A stretch of 64,000 nucleotides of DNA from a virus: positions 32,001-96,000 of the IMG/VR virus record IMGVR_UViG_3300022723_000207; one strand, given 5' to 3'. The notes beneath the pieces were generated by a model. That model was not told the origin of the DNA. It saw only the letters and a list, made by a program, of their open reading frames with translations, and searched no databases. Below, one piece after another: positions 28,527-37,894 of the stretch. Numbering within the stretch: position 1 is the first letter of the stretch; each line of letters begins with the position of its first letter. Both the position numbers and the translations under genes were made by a program.

Positions 28527-29522
28527 ATGAGTAATGAGAACGAAGCCGAAAACGATGACATGGACCAGCTTCCAGATGCCGTCGTTAGAAATGCTGAGAG
28601 ACTACAGCAAGACAAGGAGGCTCAAGCTGAGTCCCTTGACCTGCTTGATGAACTTTTAGGTCATGTACAAAATAATTATATTCCTTGGGAGAAGGTCCAG
28701 CTTCCGAGTAAGGGGATCTATTACGGCGATCTTATGCCAGACGGTTGGCTTGAAGTCAAGCCGATGGGCGTGGATGTCGATAAGATGCTTACTAATCAAA
28801 GGCTGATTGCTAATGGTGAACTTTTAAATAAAGTGATTGAGGTTTGTACTCGTCTCCCAGATGGCTTTAGCATTCGTGATATGCTATCTGGTGATTTCAA
28901 CTTTTTGCTTTATTATCTTAGAGGCATCACTCACGGCCCTGATTATGAGTTTGTGGCGGATTGCCCTGCCTGTAAGACTAAGAATACTTTCACGTTTGAT
29001 CTTAGTGGTTTGAACGAAACTATTAACTGGGCTAATGAAGCATATCTAGAGGAACCCTTTGAGGTTGAGTTGCCTGTTCTTACTAAGTCGTTTGGTAAGA
29101 AAGTTTGCGCCCTTGTGCGGATGATCCGTGTAGACGACATTATGCGTATGGCTAGGCCAGGTGAAGATAAGGTCTTTGACCCTGTTCGTCGTGGTCGTGT
29201 TTCGGTTAGAAAGAAGAAAGATAAAACTATTATTCGTAACGATGGTCAAAACCTTGAACGGATTTACGAAGATAATATGAAATCGCAAATATTGGCTGTA
29301 ACGATTGATGGAGTAAGGTATGGAGATCGTGAAAAGTTGAATGCTATCATTGACCAGATGCATCAGAGGGATGCAGCAGAGATTAGAGATTTCTTGGATG
29401 ATGTTAGCCCAAGCATTGATACAACATTGGATGTAACTTGTGTCAATGACGAGTGCAAAAATGAATTTAGTGTAAACTTACCCTTTAACGAAAACTTTTT
29501 TCGCCCCAATAACCAGCATTGA
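28527..29522 (+). CDS. gp26: baseplate hub assembly protein / tail assembly chaperone, gp26-like
   Basis: LPSKGIYY...VKPM...D..FLLYYLRG.THG..YEF...CPAC; C-terminal C...C...LPFNENFF. Confidence 0.75.
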   Translation: MSNENEAENDDMDQLPDAVVRNAERLQQDKEAQAESLDLLDELLGHVQNNYIPWEKVQLPSKGIYYGDLMPDGWLEVKPMGVDVDKMLTNQRLIANGELLNKVIEVCTRLPDGFSIRDMLSGDFNFLLYYLRGITHGPDYEFVADCPACKTKNTFTFDLSGLNETINWANEAYLEEPFEVELPVLTKSFGKKVCALVRMIRVDDIMRMARPGEDKVFDPVRRGRVSVRKKKDKTIIRNDGQNLERIYEDNMKSQILAVTIDGVRYGDREKLNAIIDQMHQRDAAEIRDFLDDVSPSIDTTLDVTCVNDECKNEFSVNLPFNENFFRPNNQH

Positions 29523-29739
29523 CCTAGAGAAACAGTATTGGGGTATCTGGAATCAGATATTCTTACTTAAGGAGTATTGTGGTCTGAGTCTAGAAGAACA
29601 GCGGATGATGACTGCTGAGGAACGGGCTTGGTATTTATCTAGATATAATGAAGAAGTAAAGAAACGTAATGAAGATGAGAAGAGACATTCTCGTAATGCT
29701 CGTGCGCCCAGTGTATCAAGACCGAGCGTCAGAAGATAG
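29497..29739 (+). CDS. gp51-like chaperone C-terminal frame lacking a usable start (candidate frameshift product of gp26)
   Basis: Frame open 29476-29739: ..DLEKQYWGIWNQIFLLKEYCGLSLEEQRMMTAEERAWYLSRYNEE.., resembling gp51 (F.L.....SL.E...M...ER..Y). Not in the ORF track. Confidence 0.65.
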   Translation, partial: FFAPITSIDLEKQYWGIWNQIFLLKEYCGLSLEEQRMMTAEERAWYLSRYNEEVKKRNEDEKRHSRNARAPSVSRPSVRR

Positions 29740-29756
29740 TAATGCAAATATAACCT

Positions 29757-30626
29757 ATGCCAACAAGAGAGCGTCTTAGTGGTGCTGTATGTGAAGATAT
29801 TGCTCTCAACGTACAGTTCTTAAATAGCGGTGTTCCAGCGGATCCATCTGCCATATGTTCAGTAAAGATTTATAAGTGTTCAGTTAGCCAAGAGAATTTG
29901 GTGACTGAGGTTGTGTTCCCAGAGCCAACTGATAATGATTTCGATTTATCTAATGAGTTTGTTTATGGAGGCATGCTCCAGCGGTGCAATGATACTTCCG
30001 ATCCTGCCCTTTGCGGTACTGATGTGGAGCCCCAGTTTACTCCTGGATGTTTTGTACTAAATCTTAATCTGTGTCCGGATGTGTTTGAGCCTGGTGTTTA
30101 TTTTGATGTGTGGAATTTTGTAGGTACTGCATGCGATCCTTGTGAAGGTACTGATGTTACTTCGGTCACAGATGCTAGCATTTGTGCTGATGAGACGCAA
30201 CTTCAGAGTCAATGTAATAAATTCTTCGTAAGTGATCGTGGTTGGTTTGTAGATGATGGCCTTAAGAATATTAGGTTAGGGTTCGAACCACTAGATAAAA
30301 GGTTCCAGCAGCCAGAGAAGCGGTATCTTGAAGTTGGCTTGACTCCGTTACCGCTATATGATTTTGATACAGATAAAATTCAAGCAATTTTGCCGTCGTT
30401 AAGTGCCACAATCACAATTCAGACGGCTTGTTTTGAGTTGTTGGTTGACGCAGAACCAATGAAAGTTGGGTTGAGGCAAGGGTCTTACCGCTCTAATCCA
30501 TATATTTTAAAATATCTTTTAGATACTAACAGATTTCTAAAGGGTACATATCGATATCGGGTAGACGTACAACTACCTGATGGTCAAACTAGATCGTCAC
30601 CTTATTTCACTCTGGCTATAAGATGA
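29757..30626 (+). CDS. Cys-rich, beta-rich virion-associated protein
   Basis: 289 aa, many Cys; late-promoter-like motif 4 nt before the ATG. Confidence 0.6.
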   Translation: MPTRERLSGAVCEDIALNVQFLNSGVPADPSAICSVKIYKCSVSQENLVTEVVFPEPTDNDFDLSNEFVYGGMLQRCNDTSDPALCGTDVEPQFTPGCFVLNLNLCPDVFEPGVYFDVWNFVGTACDPCEGTDVTSVTDASICADETQLQSQCNKFFVSDRGWFVDDGLKNIRLGFEPLDKRFQQPEKRYLEVGLTPLPLYDFDTDKIQAILPSLSATITIQTACFELLVDAEPMKVGLRQGSYRSNPYILKYLLDTNRFLKGTYRYRVDVQLPDGQTRSSPYFTLAIR

Positions 30627-31102
30627 AGATTTTAAATCAATCAGGGATTAGAAAAATCATAAAGTATCTAGGAGAAGACCGCTTCGCCTTGGCGAAACCC
30701 TATGGTCTTGATTGCTTACTAGGCAAAGTAACGCAAGAAGACAAAGAGAAATTATCGGAGATTGGTGTTACGCTTCATCCGTGTAGTAATGATGGCGTCT
30801 TATTTGAAGCGACATTATCTGAAGAAGCATCATTAGATAGCACTAAGGTAGAGCCAGAAGATCCAACCAGCTCAGAAGAGCCAAAACAGGTTGGTGATGG
30901 CATACCAGAGGGTGAAGTTAGAAAATTAGCTAACGCATTGATTCCTTATTTGGAAAGAAACTTTCCGACTAAGGAAGAACTTAATGATATTTTGAGTGCT
31001 CTGCAAGCTCAAGCGATTGATCCTGAGGAAATGATTGATGGTCTTAAAATGCAGATTAAAAGAATAAAGAAACAGTCTCGGGTTAATGATGAAGTTGGGT
31101 GA
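30623..31102 (+). CDS. hypothetical protein
   Basis: ATGA overlap, 159 aa. Confidence 0.6.
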   Translation: MKILNQSGIRKIIKYLGEDRFALAKPYGLDCLLGKVTQEDKEKLSEIGVTLHPCSNDGVLFEATLSEEASLDSTKVEPEDPTSSEEPKQVGDGIPEGEVRKLANALIPYLERNFPTKEELNDILSALQAQAIDPEEMIDGLKMQIKRIKKQSRVNDEVG

Positions 31103-31364
31103 TCTTAATCAGAATAATATCGATTTAGGCCACAGTAGAACTGTGGAAGGTGACTCTTTTGAATTCGCTGTTCCCATGAATATGCGCCAGATTGATAAAG
31201 CTAATATCGATGACGACGAGGATGAAATTGATTATTCAGATGATTTTGATGATGATATCGATCATGATAAATTAATTAATTTGTTACATGTTGCAAAATC
31301 TTGGGCACCTAAGAGGGATCTTCCAGATATGCGGAAGGTTCCCAATACGGCAAACGTAATGTAA
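31086..31364 (+). CDS. acidic hypothetical protein
   Basis: 92-aa ORF. Confidence 0.5.
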   Translation: MMKLGDLNQNNIDLGHSRTVEGDSFEFAVPMNMRQIDKANIDDDEDEIDYSDDFDDDIDHDKLINLLHVAKSWAPKRDLPDMRKVPNTANVM

Positions 31365-31376
31365 TTGGAGGCATCC

Positions 31377-32588
31377 ATGTTTGGATTCGATGACAAAATG
31401 ACTAGTCTGTTTTCTGTTAACGATGAGATTATCGTTGAACAGGATGATGATCAGAGGGATTGGACTAATATCCCAAATCCAAAGCCTGGAAAGACTCTTG
31501 ATGATCTAAAGGGTGTCAAGTTGCCTTTAGAGAGTGGTTGGACTGAAGAAGAATTAGTGTCTGCACTTAAGCCCACTTTAATCGCTGCTGCTCGCAAGTA
31601 TGATACTCCTAACTTTAGTCAGGATGAAGCTTTAATGGCGGCTATGGAAGGCATTTTTGACGCGATTAGGACTGATAAAGGAATTGCACCGTTTACAACG
31701 CACGTGTTTCCAGCTATTAAGAGTAAGACCATGCGTGCGGCAGCTGGTACGCGTGATTTTCCAACGTCCAATGTGTCTGGAGTTAAACCTCACGAAGGCG
31801 GTAAGACAGATTTCTTAAAAGGATCCAAAGCGACCGTTAGCGCAGATACGCCGGTAGATGATGAATCGGGCGGCGGATCTCATGTAGCCAGAATGTCTAG
31901 CGATGCTGACTCTGGTGAAAGAGCTGCTCAAGAACAGATGAATACAGTTAAATTGTTGAATAATTTGTTCTCTTCTGAGGAAGTTGGTCTTAATAAGCAA
32001 GAACAAGTGATCATGCGTGCTACGTATGGTATTAATGCTGATGGTGAGTATTCTGAAGCTGGTCCCAAGAGTACTGCAGAAATTGCCAAAGCATTTGGTG
32101 TTAGCAATGTTAGAATTTCTCAGGTGAGGAAAAAGGCACAACAGAAAATTAAGGACTATTTAGATAGTCGTGGACTGGGGTCACCAGAAGAGGCTATGGT
32201 TGCATTTGGTATTGAGGAAGCCAAACTGGTTGCTGCAGCCAAATTGGTTATTGAATCTATGGCCGAAATCATTGAGTTAAATATTGAGCTAATGCAGGAG
32301 CATCAAAACATTCCTGTTGATGTTGCTGTCAGTGGTGTAACTCGTCATGCCGTGGTCAAGATTAATTCAGACACATTTGAAGTGGATGACGTTGTAGCTG
32401 AAGGAAATGAAAGTGTCATGTATAACACTGACATGACGCAGATTGCGGAAGCTGTTGATCTAGCCAAGGCTAAATTGAGTCAAGGGTATTTTTCTGAGAC
32501 TGTTGCCACTATCGTTCAGATGCATGCTCAGCCAATACTTGGTGTAATTGGCCGATTAGAGGATGATGACGAAGAAACGGAAGATTAA
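31377..32588 (+). CDS. sigma70-family RNA polymerase sigma factor with terminal extensions
   Basis: Region 2: LIAAARKY...DEALMAAMEGIFDAI...PFTTHVFPAIKSKTMRA. VSADTPV. Region 4: LNKQEQVIMRATYG...STAEIAKAFGVSNVRISQVRKKAQQKIK. GGAGG RBS. Confidence 0.8.
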   Translation: MFGFDDKMTSLFSVNDEIIVEQDDDQRDWTNIPNPKPGKTLDDLKGVKLPLESGWTEEELVSALKPTLIAAARKYDTPNFSQDEALMAAMEGIFDAIRTDKGIAPFTTHVFPAIKSKTMRAAAGTRDFPTSNVSGVKPHEGGKTDFLKGSKATVSADTPVDDESGGGSHVARMSSDADSGERAAQEQMNTVKLLNNLFSSEEVGLNKQEQVIMRATYGINADGEYSEAGPKSTAEIAKAFGVSNVRISQVRKKAQQKIKDYLDSRGLGSPEEAMVAFGIEEAKLVAAAKLVIESMAEIIELNIELMQEHQNIPVDVAVSGVTRHAVVKINSDTFEVDDVVAEGNESVMYNTDMTQIAEAVDLAKAKLSQGYFSETVATIVQMHAQPILGVIGRLEDDDEETED

Positions 32589-32600
32589 TAGAATTTTCTA

Positions 32601-32627
32601 GGTCCCCCTGGTGATAACTGGGGGATC
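32601..32627 (+). terminator. hairpin after the sigma gene
   Basis: GGTCCCCCTGGT-gata-ACTGGGGGATC (imperfect), followed by GGTGTATTTT. Confidence 0.5.
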
Positions 32628-32644
32628 GGTGTATTTTATAAGCA

Positions 32645-34621
32645 GTGCAGATCGTAATAACTGATAATCATACTTTGCGTTTGACGCAAGTTTATGAACT
32701 TCATGAAGAAGTTTTAGATGAGCATTTTCGTGTTAAGGATCCACAGGCTCATCACAAATTGAGTATGCGTCGTGGATATTGGGATGGTTACTATCGGTTT
32801 TATAATTCCAAAAACCAAACCTTAGCTAGAGGTTATTTGAAGGATTTAATTGAGTTATGTGTTAAGAATGATTTTCCTTTTGAAATCATCGATAAGAGGC
32901 CCAAATCTAAATACCCTGTCCCAGCACCTGGTTCTTTTGATAATCAGTTAATAGATGCTGAAATTAAAGGTAACAAAATAGTCGCTCATGATCACCAGAT
33001 GCGGTGTTGGGATGCAGTGTGCAAGGCATCTCAACACCCAATATATGAAGTCTGCACTCACTTCCACCCTACAGGTGGCGGTAAGTCTTTGATGATGGCG
33101 GGTATCGTAAAGTTGATTAGATGCCCGACGGTAATCATAACTGAACAGTCGATTGTCTTGAATCAAATAGTTAATAGTTTGAAACTATTCAATGTAGTTC
33201 ATCATGATGATATTGGTGAATTTTATTCAGGGAAAATGCCAGAAGGTAATGTGGTGTGTGTTGGTTCAATAGCTGCTTTGCAGACTCCTGTTAAGCCGCA
33301 GTTAGCCAAGTTCAATGTTAGAATGGCTACCCTGAAAAAAGATTTCAATAGCATGTATGCCAAAGATTACGACAAGTTAAAGACGATAATGTCTGTTAAA
33401 GCAATAGACGCTTGGCGTAGATCTTGTGTTCTTGATGATGTTGGTGAATTGTATGATAAGAATTTGAAGAAGGATAAGAAAAACCGAATTGATCTATCAG
33501 ACCTGATCCCTAAGCATAAAGATTGGGATGAAGTTGTTAAAGATATTGCTATTAATATTGGATTTTGGATAAAGAAAGACAAAAAGAAACTTGAGAAGTT
33601 GATTGGTAGTTTTAATGTTGCTACGTGGGAAGAGACAGAGCACGTGTCTTCTTCTTACCACAAAGAATTGAAGAATGCTATGGCTATATGGTATACTTTC
33701 GAGAGAAAGAAATATTTCGATATTGCCAGAAAAGCGTACCACACCCGGCTAGATAAATGTAGAGAATTACAGAATATGGTGTCGGAATGCGAATTATTAA
33801 TTGTTGATGAGATGGATAATGCAGCTTCTGCTAATTATACTCCTTTGTTCACGGAGTGGTTTCAGGGCAGGTATGTCCATGGGTTTAGTGGGACCCCTTA
33901 TGATCCAGATAAGCCAGTAGAAGAGATGCGCCTACGTGGCTATTTTGGGCCTGTTTCCTCTAAATCTGAGAGAAGAGAATTAGAAGAGATTGGACAGATA
34001 CAGCCAGTTAAATATTTTATGATTCAATTCGGTGATGTAGATCAACAGGATAAGACAGCATTTGATGTGGCTGAAAGAGATGTCATAATTGATAATTGCG
34101 ATTTTCATAGCGTAATAAAGAAGTCGGTTTTAAATTGGCCAGATGAGAGTCATTTAATTATTGTAGATACGACCAATGTTGAGGATCTTGGAAAGAGGTT
34201 AAATGAAATCATTCCTAACTCGGTATTTGTTTATGGAAAAGTATCTCCAAAAAAGAGACAAGCGATGATTAGGGATTTTGAGAATGGCGATATCAATGTG
34301 TTGATTGTTAGTAAAGTTGGTAAGAGAGGGATGGACTTAGGTGGTGGCGCACACAATATGCATATCATTGGGGGTGGAAAGAATCAGAGCAATTTTGATC
34401 AAATTATTGGTCGTGGTGTTCGTAATAATGATCGCGGTTGGGCTAGGGTTTTCGATTATTACTATACTGGCAATTATTATCTCTTAAGGCACTCTCGTAG
34501 GAGGCTCAATTTTATTTGTCAAATGGGTTATCAAGCCAAGATAATATTTGGCACAAAAGTGATAGAAGCTCAAAAGTTTATATCTTCTAGGTATAGAATA
34601 CCAAAAGAATTTATTTCTTGA
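32645..34621 (+). CDS. uvsW: UvsW-like SF2 helicase with a large insertion
   Basis: YWDGYYRFY N-terminal domain, HPTGGGKS, IVDEMD, SGTP, RGMDL, QIIGRGVR. Confidence 0.85.
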   Translation: MQIVITDNHTLRLTQVYELHEEVLDEHFRVKDPQAHHKLSMRRGYWDGYYRFYNSKNQTLARGYLKDLIELCVKNDFPFEIIDKRPKSKYPVPAPGSFDNQLIDAEIKGNKIVAHDHQMRCWDAVCKASQHPIYEVCTHFHPTGGGKSLMMAGIVKLIRCPTVIITEQSIVLNQIVNSLKLFNVVHHDDIGEFYSGKMPEGNVVCVGSIAALQTPVKPQLAKFNVRMATLKKDFNSMYAKDYDKLKTIMSVKAIDAWRRSCVLDDVGELYDKNLKKDKKNRIDLSDLIPKHKDWDEVVKDIAINIGFWIKKDKKKLEKLIGSFNVATWEETEHVSSSYHKELKNAMAIWYTFERKKYFDIARKAYHTRLDKCRELQNMVSECELLIVDEMDNAASANYTPLFTEWFQGRYVHGFSGTPYDPDKPVEEMRLRGYFGPVSSKSERRELEEIGQIQPVKYFMIQFGDVDQQDKTAFDVAERDVIIDNCDFHSVIKKSVLNWPDESHLIIVDTTNVEDLGKRLNEIIPNSVFVYGKVSPKKRQAMIRDFENGDINVLIVSKVGKRGMDLGGGAHNMHIIGGGKNQSNFDQIIGRGVRNNDRGWARVFDYYYTGNYYLLRHSRRRLNFICQMGYQAKIIFGTKVIEAQKFISSRYRIPKEFIS

Positions 34622-34658
34622 ATAATTGACCATAAACAGTGTTTGCGTACATATAAGT

Positions 34659-36716
34659 ATGGGCACACAAACAATAGTAAAACCGTCTGAAGATTCAGAC
34701 ACTAAATCGTTTAACAAAAAAACTGAAGCGCCAAAGAAGCCAGGCCCACCGAAGAAAAAGAAGAACATGTACTTTGACAATGCGGCTGTTGAGCAGCTGC
34801 TTGATAGGTATGTGCGAAGAGGATGTGTGGATGTAGTATTGCGTGATGAGATTATGTCTCATGCGGAAGAGCTGATTAGACAAATTATTCGAGCCCACAA
34901 TTTTGAACATATTTTCCCAGGGCGAGACCAGTCATCCTTTGGTGAATTATTTCAAGTAGCTTGGATGCAGATTGAAAAAACTTTATATAAATATGATAAT
35001 GGACCTAATTCTCCCAAACTATTTAATATGTGGTGTGTTAAGCCAGACACCAGTATCTTCACAGAAGATGGTATTAAGAGTATATCAAATGCGATAAGCG
35101 ATAATAATATAAAGACTTATGGGTTAGATGGGATAACAGATATTGTTGATAGCGTGCGTAAAGACAGTAGAGTGGTTAATTCCATAACTACTGAATTGGG
35201 ATATGAAATCTCATGCACTCCTGAACATTTGTTGTACAAGCTTGGATCTGACGGCCCAGAATGGGTCAAATCATGCAATATTAAAGATGATGATCTAATT
35301 GGTATACAATATAACCAAAATACGTTTATTGATGATAATAAAGTTGATTTCAATGATAATAAATGGTCAGTTGATGAGATAACTGAAGAATTAGGCTATA
35401 TCATTGGTTTATATATTTCAGAAGGCTGTATTGGTAATAATTGCGTGATGATTTACAATATTGATAGTGAAGTAATTAATAAACTTTTAGATAATGATTT
35501 AGGATTGTCATGCAAGCATTATCCTGATAGACAAGCTGTGCACATACATAATGCTGGGTTTGTTAAGTTTATGGAATCCATTGGACTTGGTGGTTTGAAG
35601 GCTAGTGCCAAGATTGTTCCTGATATTGTCTTAAGATCGTCAAGAAATGTTGTTATATCAGTCATTAAGGGTATGTTTGATGGTGATGGACATTCATCTA
35701 GACATAATGGCTGCGTAGGGTATACTTCTGCTTCTGCAGCCTTAATAAAACAGGTGAGAATGTTATTGTTGAATCTTGGCATCTTATCTAAGATTAGTAG
35801 AGACAACAGGATTATTAGGAAATTTAAGGTAAAGGATAAGAAAGAATACACTAGCATTCTTACTGGTAGCATGCAGATCAGTCTGTCATCATTCGACTCC
35901 CTTAAATATTATGAAATAATTGGGTTTGAAATAGTAAGGAAACAGATAAATGTTAGTAATTTGAAAAATATTAGGGTTTTAAGGTATGGTCTTACGGCCA
36001 AGATTAATGAATTATGTGAAGATAATGGTATTTCTAGCCGATCGTCTGGATTAAGGTCTGCTAGAAATTCAAAGACTGGCTTATGTGATATTAATGAAAC
36101 GGGCAAAAAATTAGCTCTATTAGATGTTAATGAGGATGATCGCAATTTATGTTTTTTGGTTGATAGATTATCGGAAGAAATGAGCAAACATGATAGAGTT
36201 GTTTGGTTGCCAGTTAAATCAATTGAACAATCAGAGTCTGAAGTCTGTGAAATACAGGTATCATCAGAATATAGTTCATATATAGCTAATGGATTTATAT
36301 CGCATAATAGTCAAATTGCTAAGACTAGAATATTGGCATATTTGAAGAAGGAGAAACGCGATAAGAAAAATATGCCATCCTATCGTGATTGGATGCAGCG
36401 TAGGTACAAGACTAAATCACGATCAATTGAAGATTTTGAAGAATTTCTAAGTGAACTTGAACAGTTATGTGATTACGATGATGATTTTTCTGGATTAACA
36501 ATGATAATGAGGAAATTATGGCTTGAAGACGATAAACCTTATGATGGTTTTAAAGCTAAATTGCAGAGATTATCTGGCAAAGACATGAATGTTATTAATC
36601 AATTTTTGAGATTGATTAGATTACACAGAGACGAATTTTCGGCTAATGTATTCGATATGAGGGATTTTGATTACAAGGATGATGGCGGCTATTTCTATAA
36701 CGATCACGATGAATAA
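34659..36716 (+). CDS. gp55: gp55-like late-transcription sigma factor precursor containing an intein
   Basis: KKNMYFDN...NF...YKYD...PKLFNMW|SQIAKTRILAYLKKEKR parallels gp55 HYVNN...NF...NPFAYFTQI...F..RI.KEK; about 260-aa extein. Confidence 0.7.
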   Translation: MGTQTIVKPSEDSDTKSFNKKTEAPKKPGPPKKKKNMYFDNAAVEQLLDRYVRRGCVDVVLRDEIMSHAEELIRQIIRAHNFEHIFPGRDQSSFGELFQVAWMQIEKTLYKYDNGPNSPKLFNMWCVKPDTSIFTEDGIKSISNAISDNNIKTYGLDGITDIVDSVRKDSRVVNSITTELGYEISCTPEHLLYKLGSDGPEWVKSCNIKDDDLIGIQYNQNTFIDDNKVDFNDNKWSVDEITEELGYIIGLYISEGCIGNNCVMIYNIDSEVINKLLDNDLGLSCKHYPDRQAVHIHNAGFVKFMESIGLGGLKASAKIVPDIVLRSSRNVVISVIKGMFDGDGHSSRHNGCVGYTSASAALIKQVRMLLLNLGILSKISRDNRIIRKFKVKDKKEYTSILTGSMQISLSSFDSLKYYEIIGFEIVRKQINVSNLKNIRVLRYGLTAKINELCEDNGISSRSSGLRSARNSKTGLCDINETGKKLALLDVNEDDRNLCFLVDRLSEEMSKHDRVVWLPVKSIEQSESEVCEIQVSSEYSSYIANGFISHNSQIAKTRILAYLKKEKRDKKNMPSYRDWMQRRYKTKSRSIEDFEEFLSELEQLCDYDDDFSGLTMIMRKLWLEDDKPYDGFKAKLQRLSGKDMNVINQFLRLIRLHRDEFSANVFDMRDFDYKDDGGYFYNDHDE
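35034..36308 (+). mobile_element. intein with LAGLIDADG homing endonuclease (425 aa)
   Basis: Starts CVKPDT; block B CTPEH; IGLYISEG and IKGMFDGDG; ends SSYIANGFISHN followed by Ser +1. Confidence 0.92.
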
Positions 36717-36726
36717 AATATAACAC

Positions 36727-37278
36727 ATGGCTATTCCAAAATCAGCGAATGAACGTATTCGTCGTAAGATACGCAAAAAGAAAGTGGAGCCTAAAGGTAG
36801 AGACGATACTGGCAGAGTAGTTGTTAAGAAAACTGCGAATAACGATCCTAACAGGAACAATCGAAATAGAAATAGTAAGAAGAGAAAAGTATCTGAGGAT
36901 TTTTTAAAATGGTATCGTGGTGGTAATGTAGACAACCCTAATCGATTCGAAAAACTGTTAGAAGATCTAATCACTGTTGCTGTGGAAGCTGGTGGTGAGA
37001 TACCCTTTCCGCTGGAATTGTCAAGATTAGTAGAGCTAAAAGAGTCAATCGATGACGAGGTTCCTTTTGTTATTATACAGAACAAAAATGTCCCTGTTAA
37101 GGTGCATGTCTGCCCAATTTGTAATGAAGAAATATTAGAGAAAACGACACACTTGCCAGAAGATCAGAGGGGTAGTGATTATCCTGAATGGAGACATTCT
37201 TGTGGCGGTCGTTTTAGATATCCTCCAGTAAATAAGGATGATATTATTAGGAGGCTTAAAGGTGTCGGAGGAGATTGA
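36727..37278 (+). CDS. basic hypothetical protein with a C-terminal Zn-ribbon-like motif
   Basis: CPIC...HSCGG; late-promoter-like motif upstream. Confidence 0.6.
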   Translation: MAIPKSANERIRRKIRKKKVEPKGRDDTGRVVVKKTANNDPNRNNRNRNSKKRKVSEDFLKWYRGGNVDNPNRFEKLLEDLITVAVEAGGEIPFPLELSRLVELKESIDDEVPFVIIQNKNVPVKVHVCPICNEEILEKTTHLPEDQRGSDYPEWRHSCGGRFRYPPVNKDDIIRRLKGVGGD

Positions 37279-37894
37279 CCCAGAACTTTCTGGTCTTCTT
37301 AATGAAATAGAAGATGCGGAAGGTGATGCTAGCAAGGCCCAGCTTGAAGAGGATATTGATGATCCTCAAAAAACTGAGATGGAAAAAGATGCAGAAGCGT
37401 CTGCTAGCTTAGAGATTGATGCTGAAGAGAATGATATTGATGATTTTAATTCTTTGGAAGATGATTTTGAAGAGGATGGCAATGATGATTTTGAAGCTCA
37501 AGTGGAATATGAAGCTGAGGTAGTAGAAGTAGACCAAGAAAAAGAGCGAATTGAGAAGAATATTATAGGGCTGCTGGATCAGCATTGTGATAGTGCTAAA
37601 GCAATGTTTGAAGAAGCAGAAGTTGACCGTCGTAGGATTGATGATGTGGTTGCCATATTGCTCCCTAAAATAGAGGGTGATGACTATCGCGGGTCGGATA
37701 TTATGGCATTGGCTAATTTAATTCAGACTAAGGCAGACATTAGTAAAAATAGAGCATCTAATATGGATTCTATTGCCAAATTGTTTGCAGCACTGAAGAA
37801 TAATGATCGGATTGCACCGAATGCTGGCGGTTCTGGCGATGATGACCTCTCAAATGAAGAGATAGCTGTGCTATTGGGTAAGAGAGATGCATGA
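37262..37894 (+). CDS. acidic helical protein, possible terminase small subunit
   Basis: AGGAGG + GTG; the call rests on position upstream of TerL only. Confidence 0.35.
   Translation: MSEEIDPELSGLLNEIEDAEGDASKAQLEEDIDDPQKTEMEKDAEASASLEIDAEENDIDDFNSLEDDFEEDGNDDFEAQVEYEAEVVEVDQEKERIEKNIIGLLDQHCDSAKAMFEEAEVDRRRIDDVVAILLPKIEGDDYRGSDIMALANLIQTKADISKNRASNMDSIAKLFAALKNNDRIAPNAGGSGDDDLSNEEIAVLLGKRDA

Noticed and set aside
29553-29747. Minus-strand 64-aa ORF
   Set aside because: Antisense shadow of the gp51-like + strand frame
14584-30626. Bacterial contractile injection system or tailocin locus
   Set aside because: Terminase, portal, protease, capsid and replication genes are present, so this is a phage
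33280-33780. Third intein in UvsW
   Set aside because: No N-terminal Cys/Ser block, no TxxH, no HN-C/S/T end
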